Shown here: piece by piece, positions 1 to 12,756 of the stretch
Numbering within the stretch: position 1 is the stretch's first letter
Layout of the letters: every line of letters begins with the position of its first letter
Assembly: GCF_006345805.1 (NCBI RefSeq)
Contig: NC_042998.1
Span: forward strand, 93,310,001 to 93,374,000
Direction of reading: 5' to 3'
Length of the DNA stretch: 64,000 nt
DNA from: Octopus sinensis
Lineage: Eukaryota
Notes under the pieces: model-generated
Seen by the model: the letters and a program-made list of their open reading frames with translations, nothing else
Told to the model about the DNA's origin: nothing
Databases searched by the model: none
Program-made: the position numbers and the translations under genes

Positions 1-774
1 TTGAACAAGAAAGGGTTAAAGGTTGTTGAGAGTTTAGCATTCTAAGGTTGGGCACTCCTTTAACAATGATGTCTTGCCACCAATTAATCTTTACTCAATG
101 CAATCTCTCTCTCTCACACACATGCACACTCACACACACACACACACGCACACACACACACACACACACATGCACACACCATCAGAGGCATGGTTGTGTA
201 AAGAAGTTGCTTTGTGACTACATGGTTTCATGTTCTGTTTCAGTGTGCAGTATCTCAAATAAGTGTCTTCCACTGGTGCCTTGACCAAACCAAAGCTGCT
301 TGACTACATATGGTAGATACATGCTGTAAGGATCCTATTAGAACAGTGCCCCAGCATGGCCACAACCTTAGGGCTGAAATATACACAGAAGTGTAATGAT
401 ATGTGGGCCTTTGGTGATTTTTTCTTCTCCTTTGGGTTTTGCCCTTTCTCCTTTCTGATGAAGAGCTATGCTCAAAACGTTAAACTCTCCTTTCTTGTGC
501 ATGTCTTCACATTCATTCTTTTCTTTTTTCTTTCCTCTTTTTCGTTTTTTGAATTGTTTGTTCAATGAATTGACTATATGTGTGTGTGTGTGTGTGTATA
601 GTCAATTTATATATATATATGAAACCCAGGAAGACACGATATGAAGTGGTAAGGACCAATCTTAGGATGTTGGGCCTAATGGAATAAATGACAATGGGCC
701 GAGATGTCTGGCAATATGATGTTCTTGAGAAGACCCCCCTACGTTAGTGAAACTGAGTTCTAGAAGCACTGTGT

Positions 775-1200
775 GTCCCACCCACACTTAAGAAGAAAAC
801 TTCTCACACACTCTACCACAACAAACCAAACTACATCTCTACATCTCTACATCTCTTCTCTTATTCACATTTCTACTTTATGCACTATGCTTACCTCCCA
901 CTCCACAATCCTATCCACTTGGCCCTGTGCCACTGTATCATTGCTCTCCACTAGACTCTGACCTGTGTGTTCCAGTCACATGCTCTGTCTCATGTATTAT
1001 TGCTATTTGCTAGTCCCTGACCTATTTGCTCCACCCATACATAACAAGAAAACTTTTTGCATACCCTACTCTAACAAACCAATCTACATCTCTTCTCTTC
1101 CTCATATTTCCTCCTTCAATCACTATGCCTACCTCTCACTCCCCAATCCTGTCCTCACAGCCCTATTCCGCTGTATCATTGCTATCCGGTAGCACTCCAC
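775..1200 (+). repeat. Degenerate tandem duplication, unit about 255 nt
   Basis: cccacacttaagaagaaaacttctc...aacaaacc...ctacatctcttctc...cactatgc...gtatcattgct (from 777) recurs with divergence from 1034. Confidence 0.65.
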
Positions 1201-1552
1201 CTCACTCCGACTCTATATATACTCAGATTTTTGTCACTCACTCCCCAACTCCGTACTCATTAATCGTACTTTCTTCACAATATCCAGCCACTTACATTAT
1301 GATGTTCAAACCTCAAAGGTATGCCCTGGCACTTGCCACCATCTATATCTCTCTCTTCCTTTACTCAACCATTTATATTCTGATCCCTGTCCCTTGTAAA
1401 TATATATTCTGATCCCCGTCCCTTGTAAATATGCCCAGCACCATTTCTGTCCTGCTGTCTCCCACTCTCTCTCTCTTTTTCCTGCACTTCCCTCACGTTG
1501 GGTAACAATGCATTTCCTTTGCGGTAGCCACCTGCTTTTGTCCTCATTCCTG

Positions 1553-1583
<31 letters not shown>

Positions 1584-1624
1584 TTCCCATCTCTCTCCCT
1601 CTCTCCCTCTTCCCATCTTTCCCC

Positions 1625-1659
<35 letters not shown>

Positions 1660-3799
1660 CAGTCAGCTAACCTTGTAGCTCCTCTACAGCAAGACACCTG
1701 TTTCTTTCTCTCTGTCTCATTATCACCTTTCATCATCTAACACAAGATCACCTCCTCCAATGCCCCCTCCCCTCTTAAAAGAGCTTTTATTTTTGTCTTG
1801 CAAGTACTTGGTGACCCTGACAGTGCAAGTGCCACTTAAAAGCAAAGTGGTTAAAATTTGGAAGGGCATCCAGCTGTAAAAACCTTGCCAAAACCGACCT
1901 CACCTGTGCTTGTGCCATGTAAAAAGCACTAAGTCCACTCTGCTGAGTGGTTGGTGTTAGGAAGGGCATCCAGCTGTAAAAATCCTGCCAAAACAGTTAC
2001 AGAAGTCTGGTGCAGAATTCTACCTAACTGGCTTTTGTCAAACTGTCCCACCTATGCCAGCATGGAAGGCAAATGTTAAACAATGATGATGATGGCAATA
2101 TATATGTATGTACATATATATATAATATATATATATATTGTTGTATTTAGGAATGGTCATTTTGCCATTATACATATATATATATATATAAACATATACA
2201 TATTAATTTATTTGGGGATTTTTATTATTTATTTTATCTGTTTCAGTCATTTGACTTGGCCATGCTAGAGCACCACCTTCTAGTTGAGTAAACTGACCCC
2301 AGGACTTATTGTTTGTAAGCCTGGTACTTATTCTATCAGTCTCTTTTGCCAAACTGCTAAGTTGCAGGGACTTAAACACACCAACATTGGTTGTCAAGTG
2401 ATGGGGGTGGGGCGGAACACAGACACAAACACACACACACACATCAATATATACATATATACATATATATGTATATGACTGGCTTTTTTCAGTTTCCATC
2501 TACCAAATCCACGCACAAGGATTTGATCAGCCTGAGGCTATAGTAGAAGACACTTGCCCAAAGTGCCATACAGTGGGACTGAACCTAGAACCATGTGGTT
2601 GGGAAGCAAGACTTTTACCACACAGCCATGCCTGCGTCCATTTTTTTTTTCTTGCCAAATAAACACATGCACTATATATTCTTCACTTCAGATTTATCGC
2701 TGTTCTTATTTTATGTCCTTTATCTGGAATGATGCTGATGCCACATATAAAGCGCCCAGTACACTCTGTGGAGTGGTTAGCATTAGGATGGGCATCAAGC
2801 CATAGAAACCACACCACAGCAGACAAGGGAGTTTCGTGCAGCCCCTGTCCTTACCAGCTCTGGCCAAACTGCCCAAACCATGCCAGTATGGAAAACGGAC
2901 ATTAAATGGTGATCATGATGATGAATGTACACGCACACACACACACATGCATACATGCACACACACATGCACACACACGCACGTATATTTAAATGTATAT
3001 GTGTGTGTGCATGCTTGAGCAAATAGGATTATGGAATGAAGTTATCAAATATTGTACAACCATTGTGAAGCATCCATAAAAAGACATTTCTCTTCTTGCA
3101 GTCAGTTTTCCTTGTTGAAAGTTAGCAGCAACACATGTTATCTAATTAGACAGTGCTTAATTAAGGCAGTTATTGTTATTATTTGGTGCAGGCAAGCTCT
3201 AATGAAACAGGCATATGAGTGAAGGTATTTCAATATGGACCCTGAAGACTTTTTAGGATTATTTGACCCTTTTGCATTTAAATAGGTCAAATCCAGCCAA
3301 ACTACTACATCTGTTTTATGCGCTAACTGGCCAGATCTGGCCTCTTACACCAACCCTACAATATCATTCAAAAAATTAAGTTACCCTGTCGAAGTCTCCA
3401 AGCTACAAGATAATGCATTATTAATTCAAAACAATATGAAAAGAATAAGGACATTTGACAAAATAATCTGAATGCCACAGGGTTGAGAGTAAATACACTA
3501 CACAGTGTCTTATCCTTTATATCTCCAAGACAATGGGGTGTGGACTATGAATATTGAATTTCCCAGATGGAATGACAGTGGATTAAGACTCGAGACAGGT
3601 CAGTATGTTATATTGAAGATCTGATAATGGCAGTGTGGAAGATGTATCTCTTAGAGGGTAAAGAAGAAAATGATGGAAGAGGCAGGAGGAGGAGAATTAT
3701 AATTATTTCTAATTATTTCTGTATTGCACAGAAGAGCTTTTGGCCAGAAGTCACAAGGTAACATTTACAACAGGAAATGAACATCATGCACCTCTTATA

Positions 3800-4140
3800 C
3801 TGATGATGATAATGATGGTAATGATGATGGTGGTGGTGGTGGTGGTGGTGGTGGTGGTGTGGTGTGGTGGTGGTGGTGGTGGTGGTGGTAGTTGTGGTGA
3901 TGATGATGATAATGGCAAAGATGGTGGTGGTGGTTGTTGGTGATGGTGGTGGTGGTGATTGTAGTGGTGAAGATGATGATGATGATGACAGTAATGGTGG
4001 TGGTGGTGGTAATGATGATGATGACAGTGATGGTGGTAGTGTTGTTGGTGATGGTAGTGGTGGTAGAGGTGATGATGATTATGATGGTGATGGTTGCGGT
4101 GACAGTGGTTCGGCTATTGTTTCTCTTGTTGTCGCTAGTT

Positions 4141-4170
<30 letters not shown>
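3800..4170. repeat. Compound (GGT)n/(GAT)n low-complexity tract
   Basis: Read directly; source of the poly-V/M/G/D ORF artefacts. Confidence 0.95.
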
Positions 4171-4171
<1 letters not shown>

Positions 4172-5403
4172 CTTAATGCAGGGCTCTATCTTAGAAGGTT
4201 GCGGAGAAACACTAAATTGAATTAGCAGAATATATTTTTGATGGTTGCTTTATTGATCTTGAATTTAGAAGTGTAGTTTGTTCTGGAGACACACAAAGCA
4301 TTAAACTGATCAATGGTGGTTCATTAATAGAGTCAGTAGAGCATTGTACAACATACCTTGCAGTATTAGTTACGGGAGCTTTACTTTTGGAGATCAAACC
4401 CTGTCACTGTCAAATTTGCTTTGCATCCTTCCAGGGTTGACAAAATACGAAGCAGTTGATTTAAACAACTAGTGACCCTGACCCCTCCACCTGAAAACAT
4501 TTTAAAAACAGCTATGTGTCTAGTCAAGGACTTTCCTATTCACCACCATCATAATAGTGTTGCAACCCACCACCACCACCATTATTAATACCACTATTGT
4601 TATTGTCACCATTACTGCTGCCATTGTTGCTATCATCATTGCTGCTGTCAGTGTCATTATAGTCACCATTGCTGTCATTGCCAATACCTCCACCCCTCGC
4701 CACTACCCTCACCAACATCACCACCACCATTACCACAAAACACAGCTGCACAAGATACCCCAAACTCAAAATAAAAGATCATATATCTATTCTTCAATAC
4801 TGTTGGTTTCTTACTTCACTCTTTTGTTCTTCTATTTGCTTCAGTCATTTGACTGCAGCCATGCTGGAGCACTGCCTTTAGTTGAACAAATCAACCTCAG
4901 GACTCATTCTTTGTAAGCCTAGTACTTATTCAATCAGTCTCTTTTGCCGAACTGCTAAGTTATGGGGATGTAGACACACCAGCATCAGTCGTCAAGCGAT
5001 GTGGGGGGACAAATACAGACACACAAACATATACACACACATACATATACATACATATATATGCAGTGGGCTTCTTTCAGTTTCCGTCTACCAAATCCAC
5101 TCACAAGGCTTTGGTCGGCCTGAGGCTATAGTAAAAGACACTTCTTCAAAGTGCCATGCAGTGGGGCTGAACTCGGAACCATGTGGCTGGTAAGCAAGCT
5201 ACTTGCCACACAGCCACTCCTGCACCTTTGGCAACAAATCAATTTTTTATTTTCTGTTAGGAAGTGAAGTATATTGAATTGATCCAAAATATTATTAGTA
5301 TATATTATTCATTTCATATATATTATTTTATAATAGCATGGATTAGATATTAAATGATGATGATGATAGATAGATAGACAGATAGATATAGATATCGATA
5401 TAT

Positions 5404-5459
<56 letters not shown>

Positions 5460-5480
5460 CACACACACACACTCACACAC

Positions 5481-6738
5481 ATGGCAGAAGTAAATAAGCA
5501 CCCTATAAAACATTGTTTTGCTTATTCTAACTTTTTTTTTTTCTTTATTTCATCTCGTTTCAGGTCACGAGCTGTGGTAATGCAGGGGCACCGCCATATT
5601 GTAAAGGTTTATATTTTTTATTAATTGACACTTTTATGTTTCAGGTTCTATATGTGACTGTTTAATCATGCCATGTATAAAAAAAAAACCTCGAACTGTC
5701 TGAATTTCAAACAGGCCGTATTGTGGATCATTCTGAAGGTGGATATAGTCAGAGTAAAGTCGCAGTAAACCTTGGGATCCTGCTTTTTACAGTTGATAGA
5801 GTGATTGTGCAATTCACCAGAGAGGGGAAAGAGTCCACATCACCTCATCCAGATCAACCAGGGCCTTCTGAGAGGACCCTTCTCTTTGTTAAGAGAAGTA
5901 TGGAGGATAATCCTCATTGCTAGGCCTCTGATATAGCAGAACAAGTTGATGTCAGTCCCAGAACAGCTGTCAGGTATCTCCACAAACTTGGCAACTATGG
6001 CAGAGTAGCGAGAAGGAAGCCACTTCTTCGACTTGCCGACTTCAAACGGAGAAAAGGTTGGGCCAGTGAGATGGTAGAGAGGCCACTAGCATTTTGGGAC
6101 ACTGTCATATTTTCTGATGAGTCCAGATTTGCTGTATTTCCTGATAGTGGTCGAGTGTGGGTCCGGAGACTGTGATAAAAAATTTGAAGTGATAAGTTTG
6201 CAGCCAACAATGAAACATGGCAGCTATACTGTGATGGTATGGGGAGCAATTTGGAGCAATGGTTGATCAGAGCTAGTAGAGTGTGAAGAAAGAACTCCTT
6301 CCAATCTTCTCCAGTGGTGAAATGATTAAAGAAAACTCTTTATTGATGGAAGATGAGGCTCCTTGTCACACAGCTAAAATGACCTAAGATTTGTTGGATG
6401 AGGATAGCATTAAAAAGCTTTCATGGCCAAGCCAGTCCCCAGATATGAACCCTATTGAACACCTCTGGGATATGATGGGCAGGGCACTTCATAAAAAGAA
6501 CAAGAAAGCATCTTCAAAGCCAGATCTTCTGAGATTACTACATGAAACTTGGCAAGAAATTCTGTAAGGGAATATATGTCATCTGATCAGTAACATGTCC
6601 AATAAGGTCTTTGCATTAAAAAATGCAAAGGGCATGTCTACTAGATATTAAATATTCACATTATAACAATTAATAAATAATTTGAATGCATAAATTCAAT
6701 GATTATAAGGGTGTCAATTTACTTCTGTCATATCTCTA
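5481..6738 (+). mobile_element. Decayed Tc1/mariner DNA transposon
   Basis: Transposase remnant 5668-6651: [11 protein letters not shown] (HTH), [48 protein letters not shown], ending GMSTRY*. It has stops and frameshifts. Imperfect TIRs: atggcagaagtaaataagcaccctat (5481) versus the reverse complement of ataagggtgtcaatttacttctgtcat (about 6705-6731), with TA at 6739-6740. Confidence 0.9.
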
Positions 6739-6926
6739 TATTTGAAAAAATGATTAGAAATGGTTTTTATAAGTTTACAAAAGGTGTATACTTATAAACA
6801 TCCAATGATTAAAGTGGAAAAATTATCAGAAAAGCCATTTCTATTCGTTTTTCAAATGTATACTACTGTATCAAGGATTTTCTGTTTCTTATTCTACTAT
6901 ATATATGTGTGTATATATATATATTC

Positions 6927-7850
6927 TTTTATTCTTTTATATGCTTCAGTCCAATGACTGGGGCCATGCTAGAGCACCACCATTGCGATCATTTTTCCAT
7001 TTTCCAGCTTTGTCGGAGCGGCTTTTGGTGAAGGATGGAGTTCGATGCTACTGCCCTCTTTTGAGTTTCTTGCTTAGATATTGGCTCATCTGGGATCTCG
7101 GCAAGCCAGAGGTCAAGTTCATGTTTGAAAGCATCTACATCCACTCCATGGAGGCTCCTCAGACAGTTAAACAGCTGTAGGCCCTTGAAACTCAAGCTAT
7201 TGCAGTACATCGTCCTTGCCTGAGATGAAGCAGTCAGCACAGTGGGGACAGCACAGTGACGTCCTGTTTGTGGTCTGGTATAGCTCTTTATTCCAAAGTT
7301 TGGTACAAGTCCTTCCAGTATCTTCCATATATATATTTCACTGTATACCTCTCTCGCCATCATTCCAGGGAATAGAGTCATAGCTCTTTCAATCTGTCCC
7401 AGTAGCTCAATCGTTCCATTGATGCAATTTTCTTTGTGTAATGTCGTTGGACTGCTTCAAGCTCTGTGACCATAGCTGAGAGCAGTAGTCCAGTTGGCTG
7501 AGGATAAGTGACTTCCATAGTGTCATCATAGTTTCTTGGTCTCTTGTCCAGAAGGTTCTCAGAATCCAACCGGCCAGTCTTCTGGATACTGCTACCATTT
7601 TGATATGTGTGTGAAATGAGGCATTGTTGCTCATTTCTATTCCATGTTCACGCACTGTATTTTATTCTGGGATCGTTGCTCCACTTGGTCCAACGTACTG
7701 ATGTTGTGATTCCTAAGCAGTGCTTAACCCGTAGCGGAAGGCCTGGAATTTATTTGCATTAAATTGCATGTTGTTATCCTCAGCCCATGTATAGATGGCC
7801 TCTTTCTGTAAGAGCGTAACATCAGAGGTTTCCTTGACTGACTATGCGAC
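6927..7850 (-). mobile_element. 5'-truncated CR1/L2-group LINE (end of RT domain, ORF2 C-terminus and 3' tail)
   Basis: Frameshifted pieces: IYTWAEDNNMQFNANKF; RRLAGWILRTFWTRDQETMMTLWKSLILSQLDYCSQLWS; ELEAVQRHYTKKIASMERLSYWDRLKEL; IWKILEGLVPN...FKHELDLWLAEIPDEP. Stop at 6989-6991 is followed by a short tail ending in aaagaataaaagaat. Confidence 0.88.
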
Positions 7851-8732
7851 TTTTATATATCATCATCATCATTTAACGTCTGTTTTCCATGCTGGCATAG
7901 GTTGGACGCTTTGACAGGGACTGGCTAGCCAGACATCACGTATTTATTTAACTGAACTTAAAGTGATGAAAGGCTAATCTACACCAAGGAAATTAGAACT
8001 TAGAACTTCAAGAAGTGAACTAGAAACTAGGAACACATTTAAACTGACTCTGCTGTCCATTAGGAATAAGAGGAACGGTTTTTGTGAATAAAAATTAGAA
8101 ATTATAATATAAATAACAAAAATAAATCTAAGAATGATCTCAAGATATGACTTTGCATTAAAACAATCACTTATATCTGAAACTAAATCCAGTATTATGT
8201 GATCACATGATCGACAAGACTGTTGGATATTGTTACAAATCACTGGTCACAATGTGCTTTGCATTGTCATAACTTTTGAATGATGCTGCACTATTGGTTA
8301 GGTGAGCAAGCCAACATTCTCCCTGATTGGAAGGCTAGGCTATTGCTGGGTTACCCACTTACAGTTGAGTGGACTGGAGCAATGTGAAATGAAGTGTTTT
8401 GCTCAAGGACACAATACGCTGCCCAGTTTGAGAAATAAACCCATGACCTAGAGATTGTGAGAGCAACTCCCTAACCACTAAGCCATGTGCCTTCCCACAA
8501 ATCCAGCATATGTTGTTTATATACATTGGCTTTCCATACAGTCAGAAATATTATTTTGATGATTAAAGCAAAAACACCTAATTAATTATTATAATTGTTA
8601 TATGCAACACCCCAAATCTGCATAATACAAAATTTGTTTTTTTTAATTTTAGACCAACACAGAAGTTGACAATGGTTAATTTCCCAAAAGCTATAAAATG
8701 GATTTTGAAACATAATCATATACAAATCTTAC

Positions 8733-8978
8733 CTGTCTGGCAAATACATCTAAATTGAGCATTTTAAATGGAACTCCGCACAGATTTAAACAATGTTTTA
8801 ATGTTATGGAAGCAAGATGACCATCAGGTGGTGGATAGGGTTCCCATGTTGCAGTCCAAATATGTTTTATGAATTCCCAGAATCTTGCATACATGTGTCT
8901 TAGATCTACACCAGCTACAAGACCTGGTCCATGGACTTGGTTCAAATGAATCACATCGGCACCATTCAAAGGGATTTC
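8733..8978 (-). CDS. nvd: Cholesterol 7-desaturase internal exon with non-heme iron motif
   Basis: Translates EIPLNGADVIHLNQVHGPGLVAGVDLRHMYARFWEFIKHIWTATWEPYPPPDGHLASITLKHCLNLCGVPFKMLNLDVFARQ. Acceptor attaaag, donor gtaaga; 246 nt, phase 0/0. D-x2-H-x4-H is present. Confidence 0.92.
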
Positions 8979-9927
8979 CTTTAATTAGACATTAAAAAAA
9001 GAAAAAAATTCTATTAATACATATAAAAATAAAATATTTACATGGAAATATTGTAAAAAATCAAATTACCATCACCATCATTTTAACTTCCCCTTTTCCA
9101 TCTTGCATTGGTTGGATGGAGTTTATTTTCTCCTGGCCAGACATGGTTTTGCAGAATATTGGAAATGAATGATACTGCTTGTATGATGGTGAATCTCATT
9201 TATAACTATCATACAATGTCAAGACAAAGAAACACACACACACACAATGAGCTTCTTATAATTCTATTTATCAAATCTACCCACAAGGCTTTGGCTGACC
9301 TAGGGCTACAGTAGAAGGTACACTTGTCCAAGACATCATACAGTGGAACTGAACCCAGAATCATGTGAATGGGAAGCAAACTTTTTAACCACACAGCAGC
9401 CACACCTAAATACAAAAGAATTACTGCAACAAAAAAGTAGGTTTATTTTATTAATAAATGAAGCTGTCCAGAGTCTCTTAGCTTAATGGTACAGAACACT
9501 CACTGGAATTTGAGGGGTTCAGGGTTTGATTCCCTGTGGTTTGCTAGCCATTTTATATTGTGCTGGTGCCATATTATAAGTACTGGTGCTGGTGCTGCAT
9601 AAAAAGCACCCAGTACACTCTGCAGGGTGGTTGGTGTTAGGAACCATGCCAGAAAAAACAATGAAGCCAGCTCAAGTCAAACCATCCAACCCATGTCAGG
9701 ATGGAAAACAAATGTTAAATGATGGTAATGGTGATGATGAAGAAACACTGTTTTGGAGAAAAATATAAGAATATAGACAAACAATAAACAATGAGTGTGT
9801 TTACTGGACTTAATAATGTCACACTGCCAAAACACATAACTCTAAAAACAAGGTTACAATATGTTGTTTATTTATAGATTTGTGTCAGATAAAAGATCAT
9901 AAGAAATGGTTTCCCATTTAAATACAA

Positions 9928-10348
9928 CTAGCAGTATAGCCTGGCATTGCCCGGGTATGTAAGAGCCCCTAGTAGGCAACGACTAATCCCAATCTAGTCC
10001 TTTCCCTCTAGGGAACGAAGGCGCATGTGTAGGTTGCAATGTCTTCTCTTCACTCGAATACTTCTGTGTATACGATGTTCCTAGCTGTCCCTAGCTGTCG
10101 AGTTGTGTCCCCTAGACAGAAAATGTGTTGCATATAAAAAGCTTAGATTCTCGACCCCATGTCGAATTTATCGATTTTTTTCAGAACTGGGGGAACTTCT
10201 CAAAATTTTTGCTGCGTTAGTTTTGAATTATGACATTGGGCTATGTGTGTGTCAAGTTTCATCAGAATCGGTTGAAAGCCGTGGTCAGGGTGAGGGTACA
10301 ACCTGACAGACACACAGACAGACAAACTGCCATTTATATATAGAGAGA
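9928..10348 (-). mobile_element. Non-autonomous Helitron (copy 1)
   Basis: On the minus strand it begins TCTCTCTATATATAAATGGCAG and ends CCCGGGCAATGCCAGG (hairpin)-CTATACTG-CTAG, inserted between A and T. It shares about 230 nt plus the 3' terminus with 61556-61918. Confidence 0.85.
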
Positions 10349-12577
10349 TTACTGACATTTCAAACCTATTTTGACTTTGTTGCCGTGGAAGGAATTCCAT
10401 GCTATTGTGTAATGAACCACATTGGTTAAGACATTTGTTAGATGTTATCAGTTCGACTGGTATCATATATCCAAACTGAGATATCACTGTCCCTACCGCC
10501 GCCACCACTGCCGCTACTGCTACTGCTGTTACTACTACTATTACTTCATAATACTTATAGTGAGGTCAATGATCTCATCATACGCTGAAGAGACCTGCTA
10601 CTTGTACTATGGAAACCAATACATCCTGTTCCATGGTTGGATTGTTGGTGACTAAACCAGCTCCCCCATTTGAGTAGCTTGCTATTCATATGAAAAAGGT
10701 GTCTAGCCAACCAGCAGGACTAAATGCAAGACTTGTCAAAGGGCAGACAAGCTCCTTGTGGGCCAATGGCCATCTAGTTGTGGAAGGCAATGGCAAACTG
10801 TCCTAATGTCTCAAACACAAAGAGAAAGTCAGAATGAAATAATACTATGGCTCCACTAAATGGGTGTACCTTCACTTAACAGGGAAGACTTACTGTAGAG
10901 CCATCATTGTGCTCTAAAAGTGTATGATACATGACAAAAGATAGCATAAAATTACTAAACTGTCTGTAACCAAAACAAAGCTAAAATAAATTCAAAGTGT
11001 ACAGAGAATTGGAGAAAGATGAAAAGCAAAGTTAAATGAAATAATTTATTATAATTTATTCAATTAATGCCTGTTTTCCCATGTGTAGAGGCACATGGCT
11101 TGGTGCTTAAGGTGTTGAACTCATAATCATAAGGTTGCTCCAGTACCCTCATAATCATGTTGCTCCAGTACACTCAGATGGCAAAAATGAGTACTCCTGC
11201 AATGGACTGGAGTCCCATCCAGGAGGGAATATATGAGACACAGAAATTGGGAAAATGGCTCTAACAGGTTATATGATTTGGGGAAGGTCTTTTCCTGTGC
11301 TTAGCAAGGTTTGACTGAGAAGTATTTGAGGCAAGATCATTATAGTATGATGCTCTTCCTGTTGCCAACCCTTTCCTGTTTTTCAAGAATGGGAATTTTA
11401 ATTCCAGAAGAGTTCAAAAGTACAGGAACAGTGAGATATTTATTGATATCTACTGATGCAGCTCAAACTTGATCACAAATGAGGATGCCACTACTTGCAG
11501 CTAAGCTACAAACAACATGATCATTTGTAGCATAGCTCATCAGAAATTATAAACATTCTAATACACACACACATGCACAAATATGCACAAAACAGGTGTC
11601 TTTTGACTTTTATCTTCCAAATCCTCTCACTAGACATTAGTTGGCCTATGGCTAAAGTAGAAGACACATGTACAAACTACTGCACAATAGGTTTGAACTC
11701 AAAACCACATTATTGAGAAAAGAACTTCTTAAATATACTGTCATACCTGTATCTACCGAGGGACAATAAATAATATATGTATTTCAGGTAAGATCAACCA
11801 GGAAAGGTTGGAATATTGCTTGAAATATTTTATATTATTTTTTTTACACTTTTACTGGTTTTTGCTCTTTAAACTGTGGCCTTGCTCTGGCACCACTTCA
11901 AAGGATTTAGTTGATGAAATTGACCACAGAACTTTTCTTTTTAAAATATAGAACTAATTCAACTGGTCTCTATTCTTACAAAATTGCTGAGGTATAGGGA
12001 TGTAAAGAAACAAACACCATTTGTCAAATGGTGTCATGTAAATACAAAATATGCAGAGACAAGACAATCAGCAACTATAGATACACCCAATACACACACA
12101 CTCAAACACACGTGCACACACACACACACACACACATGCATACACAATATGATGGGCTTCTGCATAGTTTCCTTAGTCAAATTTCCTCATAAAGCATTGG
12201 TCAGCCTGGGGCTATGGTAGAAGATTCTAGCCAAAGGTGGCAAGCTGGCAGAATCATTAGCACAGCAGGTGAAATGCCTAGCGATAGTTTGTCTGTGTTT
12301 ACATCTTGAGTTCAAATTCCACCTAGGTCAACTTTGCCTTTCATCTTTTTGGGATTGATAAATTAAGTACCAATTGCATGCTGGGGTCAAAATTTCGGGC
12401 CTTGTGCCTAGAGTAGTAAAAAAGATCCTTGTCAAAGGTACCATGCAGTGGGACTGAACCGGAAACCATGAGGTTTCAAAACAAATACCACCATTGTCGC
12501 ACCTACTACTATTGTAAAACATTTAATATAAAACTGAAAAATTAAATTTAAACTATATAAATATCTGGAAAATATAC

Positions 12578-12756
12578 CTCAATATGGGCATTAACATGAT
12601 GCTCTGTGCGTCCTTTGTAGGTCCAGTTGCCTTTGACTATGTCTTCAATTTCGGGAATAACCCATGTTGGTTCCAAGCCTTCAGCATGATACCAAAGATA
12701 TATCCATCCATTAACATCTTGTATAGGCCATGACTTGACCTGCGCCACATCTGGTA
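12578..12756 (-). CDS. nvd: Cholesterol 7-desaturase internal exon (linker between Rieske and catalytic domains)
   Basis: Translates (I)PDVAQVKSWPIQDVNGWIYLWYHAEGLEPTWVIPEIEDIVKGNWTYKGRTEHHVNAHIE. Acceptor ttttactag, donor gtatat; 179 nt, phase 1/0, joining the previous exon in frame. The WYHAEG..P.W and GRTEH..NAHIE segments are typical of neverland. Confidence 0.93.

Noticed and set aside
3740-4220. Poly-V/G/D/M ORFs suggesting an acidic or Gly-rich protein
   Set aside because: All three frames are open simply because GGT/GAT repeats lack stops, and there is no splice context.
5545-5644. Apparent spliced 5' leader of the Tc1 transposase (two polypyrimidine-AG sites)
   Set aside because: The first site is explained by an antisense retroposon tail; the second would give only a 38-nt intron with a weak donor, and no expression evidence is available.
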